Part shown: positions 32,158 through 42,227 of the stretch, piece after piece
Layout: the number at the start of each line of letters is the position of its first letter
Position numbering within the stretch: the first letter of the stretch is position 1
Origin: Azolla caroliniana
Lineage: Eukaryota; Plantae; Polypodiophyta
DNA: 64,000 nt
Direction of reading: 5' to 3'
Assembly (NCBI GenBank): GCA_043228905.1
Contig: JBHGNT010000001.1
Coordinates: forward strand, 24,738,001 to 24,802,000
Program-made: the position numbers and the translations under genes
Notes under the pieces: model-generated
Database searches by the model: none
The model's input: only the letters and a program-made list of their open reading frames with translations
What the model was told of the DNA's origin: nothing

Positions 32158-34818
32158 TTAATGGTGTGAATCTAGATTATGTGTAACAGATCTTGTTTGC
32201 CTTTGACTCGAGCGACCTTGTAAACTTAGTAATTTTTCTTTTATTATATCTATTGTTGACTTCCTTAAACATCCAGCTTTTGTAAGCGTGAAGTTGTACA
32301 CGATGATATCCACATCAGAGATATCAAGGGTCGAGGTGTTACGAATGTTTCGCTTCCTCTTCCTACTTCCCCTTGTAGTCGGGCATTCAATTATCTCCAA
32401 TGTATACTTACCCGTAAAAGCATTTTCACTTCTAGTGTTGTACCAATGCACTTTTATAGACTTGATCGTGTTTTCTATTTCATGCATTAACACTTGTAGA
32501 ATTTTACCAATCCAAAATTGGTGGCCTTGTGAGTTGTCATTAGCAGGTGTTGCAATCAACATCCCCACCGCGAGCTCTTGCAAATTGTCTTGCTATCTAG
32601 CTTCAACTGCTTTGGTCATCGTTGGTTCCATATAAATGTCTCTTTGTTGTGGATGGACCAAACTGTCATTAATCGCATTAGTTGGTTGCTCCGGAGTTTT
32701 ATTTACACGATCATGTTGTAGCGACCATGTGAATGGCATTTCCAAAGTCCAATTATCACCAGATACACAATTGTCAATAATTCCTTTTTGATCACTAAAA
32801 AAACCTCTCACCATGACGTGTCTTGTTGTGCGGCATATTTCTTTGCGGCCTCAATATGTTTCCTTTTTTCCTGTTAAGGCTTGGAGCCATAAGTGTTTTT
32901 GTTCTTCTACCAAGTCACTATGCAACAATTGTCCTTTCTTCTCAATTGGCATTTGTTTAGCTCCATAGACAATTGTACTCGACATACAAAGTAAGAATTG
33001 GCAACTGCCTTTAGGTTCCCATTTTGTAGAAGATAAATATTGCTTGGTATACAAAAGTGTAGAACCACTTATTTGATTTTTCTTTATCATAAAAATGTGA
33101 TTGAAGCTTATATTGTTTAACTGGGCGAGCACTTTAACATTCCCAACACCTCCATCTGATATATATCTCTTAAATTCATATATCTCCTTCAAATGTAACA
33201 CTTTTGGGCGTGGTGTGTAGGCATCACAGATGACATCAAATAGTTTAGGTAATGTGAAAGCATCATGCCGAGACACCTATCTAGAGAATGTGCTAAACAT
33301 CTGATCTATATGATCATGTGTGTGGCCAACCAAAAGAAAATTGACTTTCACTTTTCTAAACAATCCTTGGTTGACCAACATACTTACATAGCCAAACATA
33401 GTTGAATTTTTGTTCTCTCCAGTAGTATTGTCCAATTGAATGTAGAGAGTAGGGGGGAACGATTGGCCCCAAGACATCAAAACTTGGTGAATCACTATAA
33501 CTGTTAGGTTAGGGTCATTGTGAACATTGGGGTATGTAATGAAGACGTGAGGTCCAACTGACATATTATAAGCCAAACATCCCACCAAGTGCATTTGAAC
33601 AAGGCACTCATCATTGATGTCTTTGGGGAACCTCTTCATATGCGGTAAGCACGTCTTCTTTTGGTTCATGCCATCGATCATTAAGCACATGTATTGTTCA
33701 GGCCTCTTCAAACACTTCTCTCTATGATGCATCACCTTCTTTCGTTCTAACGATTGTGCCTCACGATGCTCTTGTAGTAACTTCTTACTCATATCCTTTT
33801 CCATTGTTGTCTTCGCACCTTTAGCCAAACTTTTAAGGTTCACACAAATCGAGCAATACCCCATGCGTACTTTACGCGGAATAATAACATTTGAAAACAA
33901 TGTTCTCCACAATCTTGTGAATTGGCTGTATGTGACATATTTATCACTTTATAATAACATTTTTGATCGATAGACATCATAAACTTCCCGACATGTGTAA
34001 TTATTAGAGAGGTGCATCTTGCCTATAGTGGGCATTACTTTACAATTTAACTGAAAGTAAATTTTCATCCAACCAATAGCATGTCTTCTAATTGAACCTT
34101 TCATACTTGGAACCTCTTTACAATTGATAGTCTGATCCCCACTAAGAAGACGTTGTTGTACTCTATGTAGCCGCATGTTACTAACACATTGCGCAAATTT
34201 GAATGCAACTCTACATATTTGTTGCATAGGGAAGATATAATACTCGAATGATACTTTGATCCCCGAAGACTTGTCAGACACCAATTGCATATGTGAGATG
34301 AGGTAAGTGTCTTGCTCATCACCAGTCATCGAAAAATAGTAACGCCTTAATTCTCGCAATTTTGCTTTTCTGATCATTGACATACAACCACGAGCACAAC
34401 ATGTTTTGTTGACATGAAATCCAAGTTGCTTATCTGATGTCACCAAGTTAAATCTGGCCAAATGAAATCTACGTGGGATTCTTCTAACATGCATAGGGCT
34501 TCCGGATTTCTTTTCTTGAGTAGAAATAGGGGTAACCACATTAGAGTCAATTACGTTGTTGTTAGGTTGACCGCCCATGATCTTCGATGTTTCATGTGCA
34601 TTACCTTCATTCTCTGTATCTTTTTTGACATCGTATTCTTCGATAGAGAACTCTTCACATGAGTCGTTATTCACATGAGGTATAGGAGAAGATGAGCTCA
34701 AACAATATTCTTCGATAGAAAATGATGTATCTGTCGACAAACATTTCTCTTCAACCGAAAACGGTGAGTCTGTTGACAAACAATACTCTTCAACCAAAAA
34801 CGGTGAGTTTTCACTCAT
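32158..34818 (-). pseudogene. Sola-like (DUF7869-type) cut-and-paste DNA transposase, ~887 codons in one frame with 4 internal stops
   Basis: ORFs 33949-34818, 33277-33912, 32851-33276, 32593-32814 and 32158-32583 share one frame. Motifs: CC..GC..R.YF..EQDTYL..Y..IC..AF, C..C (YCSIC), IDGMNQKKTCLP, QLDNTTGENKN and FLLVGHTHDHIDQMFS. Family call is from motif recognition only. Confidence 0.75.
34690..34806 (-). repeat. 39-bp (13-aa) tandem repeat at the transposase N-terminus
   Basis: SPFLVEEYCLSTD / SPFSVEEKCLSTD / TSFSIEEYCLSSS, plus a further FSIEEY at ~34640. Confidence 0.85.
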
Positions 34819-35140
34819 GGCTTAAGATCCAAACACAGCTCTCAAAATTATGTGCTTAAGCTAATATAAGAGATTGAAACAAATGATAAGTGCCTCTATA
34901 TACATAAGCTCCATCAATCTAATGTCTATATTCTTTATTATTATATAAAATAAACAAATAATACAATAAAGAAAGATATTATTATTATATAAAATATATT
35001 TTATTAATTATATTAATAGATCTATACACTTGTCATTATAATGGACATAAAATTTATTTTAGACCTTATTAATCATATAGTCTATATTTAAAATTAAATT
35101 TATTGTATATACAAATAATATATTATCACAAATAGTTCAA

Positions 35141-35430
35141 TAATGAAGATCACAATCATTTAAAAGTGTCATTCCCCACGTGTAAGTTAACTTGCTATTC
35201 CTATAATGTGTATTAAATAAAAACAATATAGTCTTTATATACATATAGTATATATTCACAATCATTAGAGAGTCATAAATATGTTTGTTTCCAATCTTCA
35301 ATCATTGGTTCATTCATGAAGATCATAATCATTTGGAAGTGGTAATCCCCATATGGGAGATATATTAATTTATTCCTTTATTTATTTCACTTTAATCATA
35401 AGTTCATAATCATTTAGTGCTAATCCCCTA
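35141..35430. promoter_or_regulatory. Repeated motif TCA(C/T)AATCATTT..GT..A(A/T)TCCCC in the AT-rich spacer upstream of the transposase
   Basis: Copies at ~35141-35180, ~35315-35352 and ~35401-35429, with a partial copy at ~35256. Regulatory function is inferred only. Confidence 0.35.
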
Positions 35431-35719
35431 TGTCGTGACTATGTACTAACCAAACCCTTCTAACGACTACCTAATGTAGGGGAACTAACTTGCATGTAAC
35501 CCAACTTTGGTAGACTAACTATAGTTACTTTAACCATGGTTTTAAAGCCCTATAAATAGGAGCACCTCGTCATTTACGGGATCTCACACGGGCAATTGAG
35601 CACATAGAGCACTCAGAGCCCAAGAGCACGCAGAGCATCACCAACGCAAGAGCACGCAACCATCTCCCTGTCACCAACAAGCACAAAAATCATCTCTTCA
35701 AAGAAGATTGAGCGAACGT

Positions 35720-38446
35720 TGTCGCGAAGATTCGCGCGTGCGTGTGCTACTCGAGAGACCACCGGGGTCTTGGATTGGGGAGGATGTTCGCGGAATTATC
35801 GAAGAGATGACGATCAATGTAAGATTAGACGAAATTTGTTCACTTGAGAAGAAGAAAGCTTGTACACTTGAGAAGTAGAAAAATATGAAGAAGATAAAGA
35901 CAAATATAATTATATTGATGATAATGGTGTTGGTGATATCACATATTGAGCCCCCCCTTACACAAGCCCAACTAGAGGCTTTTATAGGTCTTTCCATGCT
36001 TGTGACATGCACAAAACCATGGGCTAAAACCATGGTTTTGTGCACACGGTTTTGCTTATGTCATGCACAAGCCATGGGTTTAAAACCATGGTTTTGTGCA
36101 CATGGTTTTCTATGGTTGTTTCGTCTATAATTTGTATATGAAAAGGAAATACATAAATTCTACACTATATGATAGTTGTCCTAGTGGTAAGGCAATTATC
36201 TTGTATCTTAGAGGTGCAAGGTTCAAACCTTGCTTGCACCCCTCTGTATGAACTCAAGTGCCACTAGGCCTTAGGAGGCTTATTTGCTAAGTGTATGTGC
36301 AATGTTGCACATCCTTGGTTTATTCGTCTCACTCGGTTTCACACCGTAGCCGAAAATCGTCACGACATCCACCCCCACCAAACCCGCACATCCTCCGGTA
36401 TGTGCCGAGAAAGGTGAAGAGGTGAGATCTTTGGCAATGGTGATCAACCGAGTTCCTCTGCACGCTCGTCGACCTCGTCTGACTTCGTCTTCCACTTCGA
36501 GTATGCGCAATCTTTCCAACCGAACCACCGTAGCCACCCGATCCACCATATCCGGCGCTCACACCTTCTTCCCCGATCGGTTGTAGTAGATCTACCGAAC
36601 GATGTCGTCGATACGACCGCTCTTCCTTCGTCCACCGCGCTTGTCCTTCGATTGGGTTCCTGGCCACTCCTCACGCTCACCGTCTTCAACCGGGTGTTGT
36701 GGATCGTTCGTGCCCATCTTCGATTTTGCCAGGTTTGCCCTTCTCCGGATCGGTCTCTACCGATCGCTTCTTGGCTCGGTTGGCCTTCGTCTACAATGCG
36801 TGTTCCGAAACATTTATCCTCCCTCGAAGTGGCGTTCGCCGTCCTCGAGTCATCGGCCTCCTCCTTCGCCGTCGTTTCTTTGTAAGACAAGAAGGTGACT
36901 TGTTTCACACCTTCTCTCTCGGTACCGTCATACCGACCCAGAGCCTTTGTATCGGCCACTTCATTAACCCGCATTTGTTGGGAGGTCTCTTCTTCCTCGA
37001 TCACCATTCGCCTCGGTTTTGTCTCCCTTTTAAGCTTCATTTCTTTTGTTGGTGGCGCATTGTTGCATCTCGTCCCTCTTTGATCGTCCCTCATGGGCCG
37101 TCTTGTTGTAGCCGATATTCTCGCTTGCCCCTTATCGTGTAGTCGGCATACACTTTCCACTTTGCTCCAATCCTCGATGAGGCCATTTGCACCATCATCT
37201 TCTTCGAGTTTGAGACCGATCACCATCCTTTCCATTCGATCGATTGACTTCACGAACATAAGGACCTTATCGACCCCCACCAATCTTTGTTCCCGCTCCG
37301 ACAATTGAGAAAAATGATGCTCGAAGTCTACGAATGCTTGTGTCGCGCCTTGGTGGGTCTTCGCTGATGTCACCCATTGGTCGAAGTTGCGTCGATCTTG
37401 TCCCTTTAGTCTCTCATAGTCATATTCCTCCAATAGAGCCTTCTCGAAAGTCGCCCACGAATCATGAGCTTCTAGAAGCTCTTTTACAACTTTGAAGATC
37501 GGTTGAGACACCACCCGACAAAAGTACTCTAGCCTCATAGCTTTGTCCACACCTCTTGAATCCATCTTCGCATTGTAGACTTTTAGGAAACTTTGGACTT
37601 CGGCGCCGTTGAAATAGCTCACTCGCTCGACTACCCTGTCGACGGCTTGTTGGGCTTCATTTCTTCTTTTCCCTTCTCTCAGAAACTCCATCATCCTTCT
37701 TGACATTGCCTCCATGAGATATTCGCCATCCATCTTCGACCTCCCCTGCTGCTCTTCACGTCGGGTTCACCAAATGATGTCGCGAAGATTCGCGCGTGCA
37801 TGTGCTACTCGAGCGACCACCGGGGTCTTGGATTGGGGAGGATGTTCGCGGAATTATCGAAGAGATGACGATCAATGTAAGATTAGACGAAATTTGTTCA
37901 CTTGAGAAGAAGAAAGCTTGTACACTTGAGAAGTAGAAAAATATGAAGAAGATAAAGACAAATATAATTATATTGATGATAATGGTGTTGGTGATATCAC
38001 ATATTGAGCCCCCCCTTACACAAGCCCAACTAGAGGCTTTTATAGGTCTTTCCATGCTTGTGACATGCACAAAACCATGGGCTAAAACCATGGTTTTGTG
38101 CACACGGTTTTGCTTATGTCATGCACAAGCCATGGGTTTAAAACCATGGTTTTGTGCACATGGTTTTCTATGGTTGTTTCGTCTATAATTTGTATATGAA
38201 AAGGAAATACATAAATTCTACACTATATGATAGTTGTCCTAGTGGTAAGGCAATTATCTTGTATCTTAGAGGTGCAAGGTTCAAACCTTGCTTGCACCCC
38301 TCTGTATGAACTCAAGTGCCACTAGGCCTTAGGAGGCTTATTTGCTAAGTGTATGTGCAATGTTGCACATCCTTGGTTTATTCGTCTCACTCGGTTTCAC
38401 ACCGTAGCCGAAAATCGTGAAACCGAAGCCGAAAATCGTCACGACA
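35720..38446 (-). mobile_element. Young non-autonomous gag-only LTR retrotransposon: LTRs 35720-36367 and 37778-38446, tRNA-Trp PBS, PPT, 4-bp TSD ACGT
   Basis: Near-identical LTRs TGTCGCGA...TCACGACA; the right one has an extra 21-bp terminal duplication. ACGT lies at 35716-35719 and 38447-38450. The minus-strand PBS TGGTGAACCCGACGTGA (37756-37772) is complementary to plant tRNA-Trp. The PPT GGTGGGGGTGGA is adjacent to 36367. Confidence 0.9.
36444..37733 (-). CDS. Gag-like protein (429 aa), open ORF of the non-autonomous element
   Basis: Begins just after the PBS. The capsid-like pattern YFNGAEVQSFLKVYN..SWATFEKALLEEY is present, and no protease, RT or integrase follows. Confidence 0.65.
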   Translation of the reverse strand: MDGEYLMEAMSRRMMEFLREGKRRNEAQQAVDRVVERVSYFNGAEVQSFLKVYNAKMDSRGVDKAMRLEYFCRVVSQPIFKVVKELLEAHDSWATFEKALLEEYDYERLKGQDRRNFDQWVTSAKTHQGATQAFVDFEHHFSQLSEREQRLVGVDKVLMFVKSIDRMERMVIGLKLEEDDGANGLIEDWSKVESVCRLHDKGQARISATTRRPMRDDQRGTRCNNAPPTKEMKLKRETKPRRMVIEEEETSQQMRVNEVADTKALGRYDGTEREGVKQVTFLSYKETTAKEEADDSRTANATSREDKCFGTRIVDEGQPSQEAIGRDRSGEGQTWQNRRWARTIHNTRLKTVSVRSGQEPNRRTSAVDEGRAVVSTTSFGRSTTTDRGRRCERRIWWIGWLRWFGWKDCAYSKWKTKSDEVDERAEELG

Positions 38447-38609
38447 ACGTACTCCAGGTAGGCAACTAACTATACAAGCACTCCATTGTTTTGTATCTTT
38501 TCCAGTCATGTCCAAACATACATAGGTCTTGATTCAAACAGGAACTCGATACGCCGTATCGAGTTCCTGTTTAAAAGCCGAGCTATTTTAAACATGAACT
38601 CTCCTGTGT

Positions 38610-41600
38610 AAAACCCTCTCCTGTGCATGATCAAATGCTTAGCTACATCAAGGATGCAAAAACGCTGAAGGAGGCTTGGGAAAATCTTCGGAAGATTTTC
38701 GCCGCAAGTACCACAACTCGTAAGTTGTAGCTCTGGCACGAGCCGAACAACATCCGGTAGAGAGAAATGTCGGTTATGGAGTACACCACCAAAATAAAGG
38801 AGATTTGTGACGCGTTTGGGTCCATCAATGTGACGGTGGACGAAAACAAAATGGTACAAATATTCCTTGGTGGTCTAGCACAACGATACGGGCCAATCCG
38901 GATGGCGATTTGCACCCTAGAGAAGCCACTGTCCTTCTTCGACCTGCAATCGATGCTGATGGTCGAAGAAAACCACACGAGAGGGTCAAGGACCACTCAA
39001 CCAGACAATCAGATCTTGTACATGGATGCGGACCGGCCCCGTGGGCGTGGAGGACGAGGTGGGTCGGCACGCAATGGAGGCAGCCGGCAAGAGCAGAATC
39101 GAAGGCACCGAGACAATGGCGACAATAGTTTCGGACCCTCCATGAGTAGGGGGAGTCAAAACGGCGCCGGACACCGGCAAGGGAAAGCTGAGATAGAATG
39201 CTTGTATTGTGGCAAGAAAGGCCACAGAGAAAGCGAGTAAGTTGAAATGTTGAGTTTGATGAGTCGGCATCATGGTACTCTCTACCAACTCCAACTCCTG
39301 ACGAAGACCTGATCTCGGAGGATGAGGCTAGTGAACCCCGAGAGGTTTAGGAAGAAGATGGAGAATTCGGTACTCTAGATGAGAGTATGATCTCATTCCG
39401 GCTAAGTGGGCCGAATGAGCTGATGAGTCGGAATGACCAGTTGGATAAAGAATCAGCGAGTGGTGGAGACTTTGCCGTTCTCTCCCCGCGCAAGGAACTG
39501 AGGAGACGGTTCACGCATTCAGAGAAGGGGAAGAAGAAGATGTCGGAATACGACACCAACAACGAAGAGTCAGATTGGAGTGATTCAAACTCTGTATAGA
39601 ACGAATTCGGATCTTCGGAAACGAAGTCCAAACCGACCAAGAAGGGCCTCAAACTGGCTAATGGAAAATTGTGCCGATCAACCCGCCAAAAGAATCCCGT
39701 AAAATGGTACGGATACAATGAGTACATGGCACATCATTATGCGTACATGACCGAGGTGGCAGAAGTGCATGAGCCGGAGAGCTACACAGAAGCAGCGAAA
39801 GATGCAAATTGGTGTGCTGTTATGGAAGAAGAAATGCGGACACTCGATGCCAATGGCACTTTGGACCTGGTCAACCGTCCCTGACAATGTAAACCGATCG
39901 GTTGCAAGTGGGTGTACAAGGTAAAGTATAATGCCGACGGTTCGATCAACCGATACAAGGCCCAATTAGTGGTGAAGGGATACATGCAGACCCGTGGAAT
40001 CGACTACGACGAGACCTTCGCTCGAGTAGCGAAGATGACGATGGTTCGTGTGGTACTGGCTGTTGCTGCGGCAAGGGGATGTCATCTTCACCAAATGGAC
40101 GTGAAGAATGCGTTTCTTCAAGGTGACCTTGAAGAACGGGTCTATATGATCCACCCCCCGGTTTTCAATCGGAGCTTAATAGGTCGGCGGTGTGCTGACT
40201 CAAAAAGTCACTTTATGGTCTGAAGCAAGCCCCGTGAGCTTGGAATGCAAAAATCACTCATAGGTTGCGTAAGATGGGGTTTGTGGCCTCAAAGTCCGAC
40301 TTTTCACTGTTCATCCGGAAAAGTCCAGACGGTCCGGTTTGTATCCTACTATATGTAGATGATCTAGTCATCACTAGACCGGACTCGATGAAATCGTCCA
40401 TGTGAAGTCCCAGTTGTCGGATGCATTTGAAATGAAGGACCTGGGGGGACCTTCATTATTTTCTTGGGATCGAGGTGATCTGAACCCCCGATGGCATATT
40501 GCTCTCACAACACCATTATGTGTTGAATATGTTGTACAAGTTTGGCATGACGGAATGTCGACCGATCTCCACACCCCTGGATCAGAACTTGATGCTACGT
40601 CCTGACTCCAGACTGGCCTGTAATATGAAATGGTTCTGACAAATTGTTGGAAGCCTTATCTACTTGACAATCACCCGACCTGACATCAGTTATCCGATGG
40701 GAGAGATCAACCAGTTTATGTAGAAGCCAACCGTGGAGCACCTTTAGTGCACGCATTGAATATTACGATATGTGAGCGGCACGAAGGACCATGGATTGTT
40801 ATACTGACACGGTATAGCTGGGAAGCTAGTTGGATATACCGATGCCGACTGGGCTGGTGATGCATTAGATTGCCGATCCACCTCCGGTTACATGTTTTCT
40901 CTTGGTAGTGCGACTGTTGCATGGAGAAGCAAAGCAGCCAACAGTGGCTCTATCAAGCACTGAGGCTGAATACCAGGGCGCTACCATTGCCACCTGTGAA
41001 GCCACCTGGCTTCAGCGACTGCTGCAAGACCTCTAGATCGAGGTGCCGACCCCGATCCTGATTTATTGTGACAATGTAAGCATCATACAGCTCGCCAAGA
41101 ACCTTGTATTCCATGCTCGGACAAAGCACATAGAAGTGCATTATCACTTTGTCCGTGAGCGGGTCCTGAGTGATGAAGTTGAACTTCGGTATGTTCACAC
41201 GCATTAGTAGGTCACCGACATCTCCACCAAGCCGCTCGGATCAGACAAGTTGCATCACTTTTCGGAGATGCTCGACATTCAACATCTCGACGTGCAGTAC
41301 TTGAGGGGGAGAATGGGAACGAAAACGAGTAATGGCACCAAACAAGGAGCCAGAGAGGAAGAAAGAACAAAGGGGGGCGATGAGCAGAAAAAGGAAGCCG
41401 ATCTGACTGACAGAGTTGGCACATCCGAACAAGTCGGAGCAAGCGGCAACGGCGACAGACTCAAGAAGGATAGAGCCGATCGGAAGAAGGCCAAGACCCG
41501 AACGTGGTCCGATGTGGTGAAGGGCATGGAAATGGAAAACGAATCGGAGGCAACCGATTCCGACAAGAGCTGGAATGAATCAGAGGAAGCCGATTCGGTT

Positions 41601-42227
41601 CAATAATTTTATTTGGAGGAGCCGGATCAACTAAAGGCCAAGCGGAGGAGAAGGTAGCAGAAGTCGACACCGATACCGAGGAACCAATGGGTCGACAAGC
41701 GTCGGAGTCATAGCAGCAAAGGAGTTGAGATGGGCCTGATGAGCAGACAAGCCGACCAAGGAGTTTGAGATGCATAGAACCGGACGGGACGAGGAGCGTG
41801 AGCAAGGCGGGAGGACGCCAGAAGGAACCGGAGGAAAGGATTGGTGGATCGGTATTCGGAATGGAGAGCCGGATGGTATCCGGAACTAGGAGTCGGATCG
41901 GAGAGCTGGATCGGATTGAAACCGCTAGGCCATTGGAGGCCTACAGATCTAGCCTAGTACGTAGGCATAGTTTTGGGAGTCATTGTCAGTCGCTCGTATG
42001 AGCATGGAACTATCTGTTAGTTCTTTATGGACTTGTATAAAAGTTCTCTCTGAGCACATTCTATGTATATAGAGGATTATTATTTTTGAATTGAGTTTAT
42101 GTTTTGCTCTCTCTCTGTCTCTCCCGTGTATTCTCTATGTAAGGACTCCATTAAACCTTCTTCTCTACGTCTCATTGGTATCCGGCTGAGCCGGTTTGTC
42201 ATACATTTCCGCATATTAACTTTCACA
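38610..42227 (+). mobile_element. Internally deleted, degenerate Ty1/copia (partial gag with zinc knuckle, RT, RNase H, 3' region ending TTTCACA)
   Basis: Motifs: [65 protein letters not shown] and KHIEVHYHF. Protease and integrase are missing after ~39240. Confidence 0.85.

Larger units (their letters stand above)
35431..38600 (+). mobile_element. Truncated LTR (35431-35719 + 38451-~38600) split by the gag-only element and fused to a copia gag
   Basis: Starts TGTCGTGA and has TATAAATAGG at ~35551. It continues after the ACGT TSD at 38451, and no matching right end was found. Confidence 0.5.

Noticed and set aside
36177-36242. Functional tRNA gene
   Set aside because: Only A/B-box and T-arm features are recognisable, with no convincing acceptor or anticodon stems. 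Kept as a tRNA-like cassette only.
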